64,000 nucleotides of DNA from Epiperipatus broadwayi (GCA_028023455.1 JAQFVV010000003.1:18228001-18292000); one strand, 5' to 3'. Shown: positions 1 to 14,968, counted from the stretch's first letter. The notes: generated by a model from the sequence alone, not told the origin. Numbers and translations: made by a program.

Positions 1-3000
1 CTAATGGCTAATGATTTGATCTTTTAGATATTACCGCAGTCTCATCATTTCATATGTGGATTTTAACAGACACATACCTGCATAAATGTGTGCAAACATA
101 AACCATGAAATAATAATTGTCAAATCTAAGGTTACAATGGCAGAATTGGAGAACTTAATAAAGTCATTAGTGATTAATATTGGTATTTGTTACTTAGCCG
201 GGCTTGGTCGCTTGATGGCGTTGTTGCCAGTCCAAAACAATACAATGCAACATTACCAGGCCATGATTTTTAAAAATACAACGATTTTTGTTTTGGTTAT
301 ACGGCGATTTCACAACTTTATTTTTGGCTATACGGTTAATTTTTTTTATCTTAATTGCGACTTTTTTTGGCCTATACGGTGATTTTTTTATTTGGCTATA
401 TGGCAACTTTTTATTTGCCTTTATTTGTATTATGCGATTTCTATTTAGCGATTTTTTAAAAACAACTTTTACTATTAAACCAACTAAGTAATAAGTACCT
501 TAATATCTCCTAATGAAATAAAGTATTTTATGATTTAACTTAAGTACATTTCTATCACTTACATGCTATTAACAAATTTGCAATCAATTCTCAGTTGTTT
601 GTTATTTTGTGAATTACTTTTACAAGTAATCCTATTTTATTTAGACAATTCATTTCAAATATAAAATAGTTTTATATAGAAGAATGAATGTTACATAAAA
701 ATGTATTTGAAGCCAAAAATGATTTTAATTTAGACCATTTTACTAACCATGCAATTAATCATGGTCATAGATGCTTCTGGGAACAAGTTCTTGAATTATG
801 ATTCATTCTAATTAATTACCAATTGTATTTGATATGCATTTTTTCTGGATGTGATGTGTATGATATCAACAATGATCCTACTCATTAGTATAGATCCAAG
901 ATTGATACAGAAAGATTGATTCTTAATCTACCGCACTTATCCTTTTTTGGTGAAGAGGAAAATCAGAATTAGTCTTTTTGTTATTCATCTATTGCTGATA
1001 GGATACATTTCTTTTCTGGCTTCATTTAAGGCAGTAATATCATGGACTGCAAATGATCATAATATTTCTGCAGGGTCTTCATTCTGGAAACAAATTAATG
1101 TATAAATAAAAATTACAATTAAATATATAAATTTTGAAAATAATGGTTTGAATTACCAAGTTTTATTCAAATAAATACATTTTAATAGAAAAATGTGTGC
1201 TGAATTGAAGCACATATAATTGCTATAGTCATGTAAATGTGGTAAATTTTGTTATAGTTCACTTTTTGTCACATATTAACCTTTAAAACAATTTTAGTGA
1301 AATATTAGTGATTTAAGAGTAAATGAAATCTTATTTTTCTTTTCTAATATGAGGTTGAGTTTCAAAGGATGACTTATAAAGAAGCTTGGAATGAGTTAAA
1401 TCAAATTTGATACTTGGAGATTTATGATCCAAAAAAAACATCAAATAAGAATAAAATAATAAAAATTTTGCATTGTAAATTTTTACAATTGGTTATATTT
1501 AAAAGTTATATAATGCTTATGTGTGTACTTATGTATATGAAATTGAATTAAAATATTAAACCACACTCCCACAAGCCTTGAATAAATAATTCTCATGTCA
1601 GCAAACGATAAAAAATATAATGTATATAAATAAACATATTCCACACCATTTATTATTAGTGATTATAAATCATTATTAGCCAAACCTTTAAATTCCAATA
1701 ACCTTTTTAAAAAAAAAATCATAGACTTCTTATATGTGTGTGTTTTATGTACATACATGTGAGATAATCAGTTACTGGGTTTAATAAATAATTCTAAAAG
1801 TAAAATAGCCTTTAAATAATTTCTCTTAATAGAAGGCAGTATTCATCAAGTTTTCCAGTTGTTGGATGTTGAGGATTTGAACAATTTGCCATTCTTGTTT
1901 TACCATCTAGCTATGAACCAACTATCTAAAAGCAAAACCCAAACCTGCTGAAAAAATTTTCACATTTACTAGGCTCATATCTGAACCTAGGCCATTGGAA
2001 GTTTTATCACAGAGCCTATCTGAGTTTAATCTGGAATGGAAATTAAATATATTGGTGGTGAATGTATTTTCATGTGCATATAGATATCACCAAAATTATA
2101 CTAAAGTTATTTTTAATAAATGAGGATTATTATTTGATGTTTTGTAGAATCTCTTGCAAATAGCTTCAAATAAATTAACAGAACCCAATTTGGGCAATGT
2201 TTTTAAAGATAATTATTCAAAAATGGTACTTTTATAGAAGCTGTACTATGAATGTTTGTCTTAGTTATCAGGGCCTCAGCTATTTGTTTATACTTATTTT
2301 CTCAAGAATATTTTTCCAAACATGTGTTACTTATTAACATTAAATAATATTAAGAAAATGAATTATAAATTATTGTTACCTTTAAAAAATATTACTAAAT
2401 GCTTATAAATTTCATTTCACAACATATAATTATTAATTTTTTTTTTATGTATATGATAGCTTAAAAATGTAAACACATTGTGAATATTGTTGTCATTACT
2501 GTATTTGGCGGCATTTTATTTCATTTAATGTAATTTTTTTTTTTAGTTTTTACTTTACTTGTTTTTTGTTTTGTTTTTTATGGAAATGATTAAAATTTGT
2601 TCTTCCAATGACGGAAGAAACAAAAAGTACAGTGGAACTGTGAGACAAGACATCAATTTTTATTTAGCAGAATTTATGTTGCACTGATTGCATAAAGATG
2701 ATACATTTGTGGATTAATGCAGTATTAAGGATTTCTGCTCACTGGCATGAAGAACCCATGTTTGTAACACAACTGCTATACTTTCTTTGATCAGCTTTTT
2801 CATTTGCTATTTTTATTAAATTTCCTATAATTGCAATCATTTTTAGTTCTGTGTGTTTTTTTTGTTTGTTTTTAGAATCACATTAAAAAAATAATATTAA
2901 ATACGATAGCTTGTAGGTAGCCATATTGTTTGCTAGATTTTTTTGATGCCTAAATAGATATATGTTTGGGATACCCAATAAATAGTATATATATAATGTA

Positions 3001-3900
3001 AAGGGTTTCATAACAGTATATGGTGAAATTCAATTGAAATGCAAAAATAAATTATGCTAAGAGAGGTGACAAACTCAGCAGGATTGATGTTATCCGATCT
3101 TCACATCCTTTTGCCTAGAATTCTCATTTTAGCATCCATTGTTAAATACAAAGAACTCTGAACACTATATACAGCTTTAAAGATGCATAGTATTAACTGT
3201 ACTGTATAAATACTTTAAAAACTTGCTTATAAAAAAAGAATATATCAGTGCATATAATTCTCACTTTTAATCAGTAAGTATTACCTGACTTTCTCACCAT
3301 CTTATTTTAATAGATAAGAGTAATATCTGTCTTTCAATTTTAGAAACAATGATATAGTGTTTATTTTTACTAACTGCTTATATTATAACTTTTGACATTA
3401 GAACAGAAGTATCATTATATGCGAACATTTAAGATTATAGTAAATTATTGATTTTTTATGTTGTAAATTCAATGATCATTTGAAAATACTTATAAATGAA
3501 TATGCTTTTTAAATTCCAGAAGAAAAAGATAGAAAGAGAAATAATAAAAAGTTATAATAAACTGGAGTCAGAATTGTATATGCAATTGAAAGATTGAAAA
3601 TGTGGAAAAACACATAACCCCATTGTCACAGCGAGTGCAGAGAATTGACTGATGACATCAAAGGCTCTCAATTAAGTGATCCTGCATTAACCTAAGTGAT
3701 TGGAAAAAATAAGATGAAAGAATGAAATGATGGTAAATGATAGTAATAATTATTATTAAATTAAGTTTATAACTTTTATTCATTTTTGATTCCTCTTGGA
3801 GGCCTTAAAGGAACCGAGCAGGGCAAATTCCTAATGTCCACTCCATACGTTTTTGTCATTGCAGCTGTTATTACTATGTAATTATTCATATAGTATACGA

Positions 3901-6900
3901 ACATGGATGGGCTGCTCACCAACACGCATTAGCCAGCGTGGTGAGTTTATTGGCTTTTTATCTCTTGAGTTTAAGATTAAGAAACACCATAGTCTTTCTT
4001 CTCAGTTGCCTGATAAGGCAGAATGAATGTTTATGTAAATGATAAATATTTTTCCAATACATATATACAATTATGACAGACAAAAATAAATCATGGCCCA
4101 AGTCACCAACCAAGGCAGCGGTTGGTGGCCGAAGGCAGAGGATGCTAAGAATCCCCTGATTGCAGATCCAGGTTGCCATTTTATGACGATTCTTTATTTA
4201 GATATTTACAACTGCAGATCATTTTCAAGTGAAGGAAGATTGCAAGAATTAGAATAAGAACTGTATTATATTAAGTGGGATATTATTGGACTTTGTGAAA
4301 TTCGAAGAAAAGGTGAAGAGATAATTGATTTAAAAAGTGGACATGTACTCTATTATAAAGGCACAAATATTGGAAATACAAATGGAGTAGGATTCATTAT
4401 AAATAAAAAGTGGAAGAACAACAGTGTGGAGATTGATGGTGTATCAGACAGTGGCAAGATTAGTTATACAACTTAATAGCAGATACCAAATGCAGATAAT
4501 TCAGGTTTATGCCCCAACAAGTTCTCATAGTGATGAAGTAGTAGAAGATTTTTATATGGATGTACAATAGGCTTTCAATCAGAGTAAACAACATTTTAAA
4601 ATTGTTATGGGAGATTTTAATGCTAGAATTGGTAAACAAATGAAAGATGAAAGTGCTGTAGGTAATTTTGGTTATGGTAATAGAAATGAGAGAGGACATA
4701 GATAGACTAGTGGAGTTTGCTGAAAAAGAAAAACTTTATATTATGAATTATTTTTTTGAGAAAAATGTTAAAAGGAAATGGACATGGAAGCATCCCAATG
4801 AAGGAACAGCAGAATTGGATTATATTTTGACTAACAGAAAATATATATTTCAAGATTGTAATGTTCTTAATAAATTTAACACAGGAAGTGATCGTCGATT
4901 AGTAAGATACGAGTTAATACAAAACTAGAGAGACAAAAATTATTAAGAAAAACAATTTTTACAGTTGGTATTCCTAATCCTCAAAAACTTTCTAATGAAT
5001 TTAAATTAGAACTTACAAATCGAATTCAAGTATTAGAGAATTTGAACGTGATTCAGATTTGAATGAAATTGATATGAAAGTGATTGATACACTTTTCAAC
5101 AAAGATAGCTGGTAGAAAAAAGCAGCAATTGGCCAATAAAATTTCTACTGAGTCTGGAGAATTTATGAAGAAAAGAAGGAATATGAAGATATACAAAAAT
5201 GATGCATTAAAAAGGATTGAATATCTCGAATTTTGTAAAATGGTACGGAAAAGAGTTGAAAATGATATAAGAAAGTATAACTGTGAACTAGCAAGGAAAG
5301 CTGTAGAAGAAAATAAAAGTCTCAAGAATGTAAAACAACATTTTGGTATTGGTAGGAAATTTATATCTGCAATAAGAAAAAAAAAAGGAATTATTACTAA
5401 AAAGAGAGATGACATCATGAAATGGGTAGAAGAATTTTTATCAAGAATTATATAGTAATAAAGATCAAGTACCTCCTATATCTATTACATCTTCTGAATT
5501 GTCCAGAATTTTAAATGAAGAAGTGAGACATGCAATTAAATGTATGAAGAAAGGAAAGGCTCCAGGTAATGATGGAATTATAATTGATATATTAAAAGAA
5601 GCAGGTGAAGAAATATAATTTTTTTTAGCAAAGTTATATACCAAATGTCTAAATGATAAAGATGTATCAGATGATTGGAAGAATGCAGTAATAATATTAA
5701 TATTTAAAAAAGGTGATAAAGAAGATATTAGAAATTACAGACCTATCAGCCTTTTATCAGTTTTATACAAAATTTTTACCAAGATAATTACAACTTGTCT
5801 ACAGAGAACATTGGATTTCCACCAACCAAGAGAACAAGCTGGATTTAAAAGTGGTTTTAGTACAGTAGATCATATCCAGGTATTGAGAGAAGTTATAGAA
5901 AGGACAAATGAATATGAGTTGCCATTATGTTTTGGATTTGTAGATTATGAAAAGGCATTTGATTCTATAAACATTTCTTCAGTGATTAAAGCATTGGATC
6001 ATCAAGGTATAGATCCAGGATATTGTCATATTTTAAAGAATATTTATAAAAATGCAACAGCAACAATTAGATTACATAATGATACTGGGAAAGTCAACAT
6101 TGAGAAAGGTGTAAGACAAGGTGACTCCATATCTCCAAAACTTTTTACAGCAGTGTTGCAAGAAGTATTTTGTGGATTAAAATGGGAAACTAAAGGAGTG
6201 AAAGTAAATGGAGATTATTTAAGTCATTTAGATTTTGCAGATGATATAGTTGTTTTTGCATATAATGCTTCAGAGCTGCAGGAAATGTTGCAGGAGTTAT
6301 CAGATGAAAGTAGGACTAAAGATAAATGTTAAAAAGACTAAAGTAATGTTTAATCAATTTGAGGAAAATATGAAAATAAAGATTGATTATGATGAATTAG
6401 AAGAAGTTAACAGTTACAAATATCTTGGTCAGATTATTAATACAGATGGAAACATAATGGATGAAATTAATCATAGAATTAAACTTGGTTGGAGTGCTTT
6501 TGGTAGAAATAACTTGATACTAAAAGGAAATATGCCTATGTGTTTGAAAAGGAAGGTTTTTAACAAATGTGTTTTACCAGTTCTTACTTATGGATCTGAG
6601 ACTTGGACACTTAATAGAAGAGCAATACAGAGACTCCAGACCACTCAAAGAAGTATGGAGAGATGCATGTTGGGAGTAACAAGAAGAGATCGAAAACGCA
6701 ATGTATGGGTAAGAGAACAAACAGGTGTTACTGACCTCATTGAAAAAAATTAAAAGATTGAAGTGGAGTTGGGCTGGACATATTGCTAGAAGAGATGATA
6801 ATAGATGGACAATTAAAATCTTAAACTGGATTCCAAGAGATTGTAAAAGACCCAGAAAAAGACCACATGTGAGATGGATGGGTGAAATAAGAAAGTGTAC

Positions 6901-6995
6901 AGGGATAATGTGGAGAAGCTAAAGATCAGAGATGGATTAAACTTGGAGAGACTTTCATCTGCAAGTGGATTGATAATGGTTGATGACGATGATGA
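3901..6995 (+). mobile_element. RTE-clade non-LTR retrotransposon, near full length, with frameshifts and stops
   Basis: APE motifs (YNCRS, KWDIIGLCEIRR, ELDYILTN) and RT motifs (NYRPISLL, QAGF, FVDYEKAFDS, GVRQGDSISPKLF, FADD). C-terminal KWSWAGHIARR and a (GAT)n-type 3' tail. The 5' boundary is approximate. Confidence 0.92.
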
Positions 6996-7780
6996 ATACA
7001 TTTAAAATGTTCACACTCAATTACATATATTTTACATTAAATTTTATATGTGACCAATTTAAAAAGTACCTGTAATTTCTGTTACACATGAATGTGTCAT
7101 TGTAACATTAAATTTTTTTTATCTATAAATCATTTATGCTGTGAATTCTAAATGTCCTGTATATAACATATATTAAATCATATGAGTGCCAACAACTAAC
7201 TGGTTATCACAAGCAAAGCCCTTGTGTTTAAATAAACCAATAAAATATCAGCAATCTGTTATCAAGATGATACTATAATTTGACAATAAAATAAACCACT
7301 AGAATATTGGTAATCTGTTATCACAGTAGATTATAAATAAACAGTAAACTGCCTAATTACAATGTCTTCTTCACAATGGATTACCATAATTCTATTAGTT
7401 TATTTAAGAATGAAGATTGTGCTGGTGTAATTTATATATTTATAAAATGTTAATTTTTTGTTTATAATAAATTTAATTTTTTTGTTAGTTTTAGTTAATT
7501 AAATGAAATAGTAGCTGCATTTTTTAAGAATCATTTTAAAACCCATGGGATTTCATTGAGCCAATCTATGATTATGACTCAATAATGATTTGATGAGCCG
7601 AGTTGCCTCTAGGATTTGTTATTAAACTCTTCATTCTCTTTCACATTTTCTTTAAAGTTTGCATTATTAATTGCTGACAGAAAAGCATTTCTTTAAAACA
7701 AATTTACAAGAATTCTGATTTTCTGATGTGAAAATCAGATATACACATAAAAATATTTTTTACATTCTCATTGTCTAAAT

Positions 7781-7965
7781 CAGCAGTTCTTAACCTGTGG
7801 GTCGCAAACTCTTTGAGGATTGAACAACCCTTTCACAGGGGTCACCTAAGACCATTGGAAAATACATTTTTGATTCATAACAGTAGTAAAATTAAAGGTT
7901 GGAAGTCACCATAACATAAGGAACTATATTAAAGAGTCAGGCATTAGGAAGGTTGAGAGTCACTG
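7781..7965 (+). mobile_element. hAT MITE, SPIN/URR1-like
   Basis: TIRs CAGCAGTTCTTAACCT / AGGTTGAGAGTCACTG and a perfect 8-bp TSD GTCTAAAT (7773-7780, 7966-7973). The internal sequence resembles the SPIN/URR1 MITE consensus as I recall it. Confidence 0.85.
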
Positions 7966-10900
7966 GTCTAAATGCTATTAACACACACCATTATATACAG
8001 CATAGGAAATGCATATAAATTCAATAATATAATTTTTTGATATATAAGTTTTTATAATTATAATAATTTTTATCAAATAATCATCTTGTGTTAGACTTAG
8101 GACATCATGTAACGGTCAGAATCGTCTATCTCGCTAACACACTGCAGAATTCAAACCCCAGACACGAAACTGAACATTCTAGGAGGGGTTGCCTTCTAGA
8201 TATACTAAGTTCGAATCTAAAGCCCAAATTTCACAGCGCCATCTACATGACGACGCATCTGATGCCACTACTAGTATGACCTTTGACCGGTGCCTGGTGG
8301 TCAGGGAGAAACAAAAGACTCTATACTAAACGAAGTTTGGGTGGCTAATTAACGTCTATGGATTTACAAAAGAAATGCAGAAAATATATATATATAGACC
8401 GAGACAGTGATAGGAATCAAATAAAATAAGAGATCAAATTTAGTTTTAAATAATTTCACACAATTTATTTATATAAATATATATATAACGCCACTGTCTG
8501 CTTATATGAGACAGGGGCGCGTATTAAATAATTGTTGGCATTTATATTTCAGTAAATGACAAAAGGTTATAAAGCAAAGTGATATATTCTATTCCTCGGG
8601 CTAATAGCATTACGATAATGTGCTTGATGAGATAGGAACATATGCGAGGTGCTGTGAGAATTTATACAAGTTTAAGAACATATTTGAAAATTAAGTGTTC
8701 TAAAATATTTATTGATTTCAAGAATAGCACGGACTAAAGCTTATTAAGCAACAAAGTGGGAATGGGATCAAAGCATTTATTTGAGAATAATAATAATAGA
8801 GTTGCATTGGGAGGTCAGTATTGCTGATAATGAATTTATTAAAGTTGGAGGGTGTGACACGTTTAAGTCACGGATGCTTTGTAAAATAAATATAAAATAA
8901 AACAATATCGAATATCCGGAATGATTACGGAGGGCATCTCGCCGCTAACCCATAGGAAAGTATTTTGACGAACAGCCGAAACTTAGCGACTGTGTGACGA
9001 TTGCGTTTAATTCCCAGGGGTGTCATTTGGGACACCCTCTGCCTGGAAACTTGCAATAAGCGAAAGAACGGACTTTGCCGTGTAAAGAATCCTTGGAAAA
9101 ATAAAACAAAGCGGTCTCAACAACCAATTCATTTACCAGCAATACGAGACGAGTGTATATAAAACATACTGAATGGGTTTTACTTGGATTAAGAGAAATG
9201 CCCAATCAAATTCCCCGAAATTCATTTAAAAGGGTCCGCACATTCTCGACGTCAATGATGAACTTTGTAATTAAAGTAGAACATGGTAATTAAAATAGGA
9301 AAATGCATGTTTGCGGGTTTGAAAAGTAAGTATAGATTTATATACGCAATCATGCATTAAGGGACACATTTAAATCACTGACCTCGCACATACTCTTATA
9401 TTAGATTAAAATCAATAACATGTAGATTTTAAACTATGTGATTATATTATATTAAAGAAAAGAATTGCCCTCGAACGAGTGATTTGCAAGATAATAAAAT
9501 TAGGAAATTATAAATTTAAAATATGACTTAATAGCGGCATCTTACTTTCAATAGAGGGAATAGTTCACTCGGTCAAAGATGATTCTGACACATTATCATA
9601 ATAAAATAAAAGAAAGCTTTATAAATAGAAAATATTAACCCAAGGATAGAGCAAAATGTTGAGTATATTTAAACACATTAAAGAAATACATAATGAAGTT
9701 ATGTGAAATATAAGGAAAACAATTTTAAATAGCTATAACATGTTAGTTAGGAATCACAAGAGCTCTTGGGTTAATTTAGGTTACCTCTGGAGACGCATTT
9801 GCAGGTAGATGTTCGGCAGATTTTATAATTCAGCAGCAAAATCTGGAATGTTCATATTTTTGCAGCAGCAGCAGTTCCGGGGCCCGTGTAATAACTTCCG
9901 ATGGTATGGAGCAGCGGCTGGCTATTCCGAGGGGACATAGCCATCTTAACGCCTCTACTCGGACATGTCAAGGTTAGCAAATTATTAGAATAGAACACAG
10001 AATGATTTCTCTTAGACACATTAGAATAAAAAAACAACTAACTGGAGAACAAAAGAAAAACCTCCTTTTTATAGTGGAATTTAACAATAGAACTGCCCTG
10101 GAGCATTACAAAAATATCGGACTTATCAGCTGTAATTAAATCATCGGAATGTCTAAAGGAATTCAACATTAATTAATTTCTTTTGTTAATTTCCCTGTCG
10201 ACATTTGAATTACAAACTAGATTTAGTTAAAATTACTTTTATTAATTAAAGAAAACCTTAAGTGGACATCTGCTGTTTTTAGATAAACTTATACAACATT
10301 TACTAATTAAACTATTGTCCCTCATTTATTTTAACAGAAATATTTGGAATAACTTTTATTAAATTAAAGAAAATGATTTTACTTTTTAAATTGCAATATT
10401 TGAATCTATTTATCTATTTACTAAATGAATTTTATTTTAAATCAAAATATATTATGACGGTAATATATTTGTAAATAGCTTCAAACAAAATAACTTTAAC
10501 AAGTTATAATTTTGATATGTTTTAAAATGGATATCAGAGTGTGTGCGCAATTACGACCTATATAACTTTTTAATAAATGTAAATTATGTGAACAAATACA
10601 TAATTCATAATATTTTATTTTATTTGGGAATAAGTTATATATATAATACGAGCATTGTGCTTGTGGTTTAAAATTAGGCGGGATTTTCAGTATATAAGTG
10701 TATTGCAGACACACTACGATAGATTGGGGTTCTAACTAAGGTATGAGGGTAGGAAGTAGGTGAGAAAAGGTGAAACAAAGATCTGCAAAGCAGACCTTAC
10801 TGTTTCAGTATATACACATAGTCATAATATGGCAAAAAGCAGGCAAATGCTGTAAATGTCATTTGATTGCTGTTACATTATTATGATGCAAATTTCTTTC

Positions 10901-13900
10901 AACCATTTTAAAATTATTTTTATCAGTGGCAATGTAAGAATTGCCCATTTGTTGTGTTTGGGAGTCAATCACTATTGACTGCTTATTGATGGGAAAAGAG
11001 GATACCAAATGTTTGGTTTGCCTATTGTACCAAAAAGGCTCACAATGACTATATATCAATGGTAAATTCTTCAATCTTAGTAAGTTTTACTCCACTTTAA
11101 ATAAAATAATGTATCTATTATAGTTATTTAATTAAAATGTGAAACTTGTTTAAAACTTGCCAAGAATAAATACGAAATATTTATCAACAATTGGTTATAA
11201 ATATTACCTATAAATATTCTTTTAATTTTTTCCAATATTGTAAACAAACAAAGGCTATTATTATGTCTAAATGTTCTATTTTGGACTGCTTTGTCATTTT
11301 TAACATGTACATTCTGTTGCATAAATAACACATTGAAGTTGATAACATCGTGTTCATAGCAGAGGTGGCTCTATCTATTGAGCAATTTATGCATTTGAAC
11401 AAGATGGCAGACTTGAAACTAGGCTTCAGGGTATATCATTAGTTAAATTTTTACATTATAAAAATTATAATCACTTAAAATAATATAGAATTATGTTGCA
11501 TTTAATATTCTGTCAGTTTTAATATAAGATGATGAGACAATAGCACAGTATCTTATCTTGTATTTATTTCCAACTCCATCGTTGACAGTGAGTTTATTTT
11601 AACCTGACATTAAAAGCAGAAATAATTTTCAGTAGTACTTGATACTTTTAATGCAGATGTTATTTTTCCCCAACTGTCTTCTATATAAATTTGTATATCT
11701 TTTATTATTGTTATTTAAAATATTTATTGGTGAATATACAAATGAAAATTTGCTATTTTCTATTATTGATTCAAAGATAAAAGAATGAGATCAAATGGAT
11801 GTAATTGGATAATTGTTTAAAAATAAGTCATGTAATTAAAGAAATACAGCAGTTTCTAAATGCATAAGTACAGTTTGCTGCATCAAGATTATTATTAATA
11901 ATACTTGTTTTTGATGCAGCTATTAGATTTACCTTTTAAAATAATTTGTATATTCAATTTTTAAAAAAATCAGCTACAAAATATAGCAAACAAAAATTGG
12001 AAAAAGAATGTAATATTTCAAAACATAGCAGGATTTTGCATGAATATCTAAAAACTGTTTGCTTACAGTTGAATTAATACATTATTTTCTTTTGTCTCTT
12101 TCTATAAAAAATATTGTTTATGAACAATTTGCATTATTGGTATTATTTAGATTCCTGATCAGTGACAAACTCATTCACTTTATTATAAAAGAATACTTTA
12201 TTTAAAATGAATAATTATACAATAACATGTTATGATAATAAAATGAGGATAAAATAATATAAGTTTATTAACAAAAAAAAAAAAAAAATCTTTTGAGTTT
12301 TTATCCCTTTCCTTTTTTAAAAAAGAGAAGAAAGCAAACAAAATGTAATCAACATTTTAAATCTATTATGTGGATATTTTCACAACATATGATGCTAACA
12401 ATAAGACAATATAATTGGAGAGGATGTATTATTCTTAAATCCAAAGTTTAATCTTTAATGCAGATGATCCAGGAAGAGGACATTTTCATGGAACCTCAGG
12501 TAATTTATTATCAACCAGTAAAATAAACTTGAATGTAATTAGCAAGCAATTGGCCTACCTTTGACTCCCAGTTCGGCACATGTTATTAATATGATTTAAC
12601 TAACTTCAGAGGTTTTAAATACAAACACAATATAAAATTGTCATATAAAATACTATATCTGATGCAGATGCGAGGAATGCTTACTTGGGATAAGATCCAC
12701 AGATAAATGAATGAATAATAATTACGTGCAGTTAAATTAGATACAACTTCAATATAACTATATTAATACACTTAGCAAACCAACACACACCACTATGTCT
12801 ACCTATTTATCCATACTTTACTTTACACATACTTCTATTAGGAACTTTGATGCTTTATTTTATCAATAAGTAAATTCAACACATCAATGCAATCAAAATA
12901 GTTTACCATAATACCCTTATGTAACCTTAAGACCACATCGTTGTTAAGATGACAAGATTCATGACAAGTATTAGGGAACTATATCCCATGTTATTACTTA
13001 TATATAAAAAAATTAACACTTTAATAATCCTTTATTTGTTTTCAAAATCAATGTTTTTTCCTTTCGTAGGTTTTTTTTAAAATATCAGTTCATCTATATA
13101 ACTCGCAGTGGTTATTTCTTCTCAGCAATGTGACTCCAAACTGCTAAGCACACTCGTGGACTTTAAAGTTAAATACTTTATGACTTTTGTATAGTTTTTG
13201 AAATAATAATTCATTAATATGGCTTTTAGCAATTATTTATCTGCTATCCGGTTTCATAAGAATAAATTCGTTTTGATCAAGCGTAAGATAAAGTATAAAA
13301 CTTGTTTTTTTTTTAACATCAAACACTTTGTTATCTATTTATACAATCTGAAATTTTCTGTTTATCATCAGCTAAGTTTAAATTCCTTAATTTGTTGGTT
13401 TCAACTAAGTTACTTAGTCTACAATAATTTTAAATCTTCTTCGATCATGGTATTTAACATGAACAAGAACAATACACTTTTACAGCCAGTAATCAATTTA
13501 TATGGAGATTCCAGTTATTTTTCTTTTGAATTTGAATTAAATAATTTGCAAACTTAGAAAACTTTGTTATTATTCCATAGGCAATATTCAGTGTCAAACC
13601 GTTCAATTATCTTTGCTTTTATAGAGGTAAGATAACTAATGCCAAGTTTGAGGACACATCTGTGGGTAAAGTTCCGAAAGTTTCATAGTTGTGTAAAATT
13701 CTTATTTATTCTCATTTCATAATAGGCCATTCTATTTACTATGTCCTCCAGATAGTGTGGAAGAGAGGCCCTGCCGAGTGGCATATCCTTCCAGTAATTA
13801 TTTTAACTGCCATAGTTAATAAAGCAGCAAACAAAATGGCTACAATAAATGCTGAACCTATTTATGTTCTTTTGGTACTCAGATTAAAAGACAACTCTGA

Positions 13901-14857
13901 AACTTCAACATGTTGTTTCTTATATAAACTACAATCACATATTTAATGTTATCATTTCCCATAATACCAATTCCTTGCACTTCTCACTAATTTATGGATC
14001 CCCTATTGTCATAGCAACAATATCGAAATTTTTAATATTATCTGATTTTCAAGGAAAAAGAAAAAACAATCCCCTCTCACTTGAAACCAAAACATATTGA
14101 ATATAAACTAGCTAGCAGATATTATATACAACTACTTATTATTTATATATATTTAAATATATGTCCCATTCAGCATAAAATGTTAAATATACATTGACAT
14201 GGCTATATAATTATTAATCAAACACGAACATCAAAGTTAAATGTGAAATTGACAATTTGCCCATTATAATTTAATTGCTAAGGTAATAATTTAGAGATTG
14301 CCTAATGACATTTGATTTGATATAATGTATTTTGTGCATAACTTCCTGAATGATCAGTCTCTGTAAAAAAAAGAACTAATTTTTCTTCTTTTTTTAACAT
14401 GGAAGAGAACTGCAAATATACTCATATCATATATGTAGAGGTCTCCAAGACTGACTTAAACAACACCTGAGCATTGTTTTCTCAATGCTCTTCATCAAAT
14501 AGCATACAGACACTCCACCGTCAAACATTACACTTAATTCCTACCATGCTTATGACAAAAATAGACCTGCTAAACTTAAATAAAGAGAAAAAAAATTGTA
14601 TAGCTATATCTCTCCCTATACATTTCTATGGAAAAAAAACATAAGGTTACAATATATATATATTGATTTGAAGATTTTCACGGATATTTGGGGATTGATG
14701 AAACCTGCAAAGTATATCACATATATATAATTTATTAGCAGCAGAATAAACTATTAATTATAAAATTGTTAGTCACAGGGTATTCATTACTTTAAATACT
14801 ATTAAAAAAAGAATGCTTCAGTAAATATGATTGTTTATCATTGAAGATATGCCCTGC

Positions 14858-14968
14858 ATGTTTTGGCATAGTAGATAGAGCATCCGACTTGAGATCAGGA
14901 GATCCCAGGATTGTTTCTGATACTTGTAAGCCAGGTGCTCAAACTTCTTATGAATTCCTGAGCAATAA
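14858..14968 (+). mobile_element. tRNA-derived SINE (family S), decayed
   Basis: A-box-like TGGCATAGTAGATAG and a tail AAACTTCTTATGAATTCCTGAGCAAT shared with copies at ~33270, ~45005 and ~63224. Confidence 0.6.

Noticed and set aside
86-491. Overlapping ORFs 86-382, 194-406 and 288-491
   Set aside because: Low-complexity products of short repeats.
940-1095. Minus-strand exon with two in-frame TGA codons (selenoprotein?)
   Set aside because: No recognisable selenoprotein motif or SECIS; TGA is frequent by chance in AT-rich DNA.
3781-3960. HDV-like ribozyme at the RTE 5' end
   Set aside because: RTE 5' UTRs can carry one, but I could not assemble the P1-P3-L3-P4 pseudoknot from this sequence.
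10859-11074. Integrase-like ORF
   Set aside because: Only vague resemblance; no clear DDE spacing.
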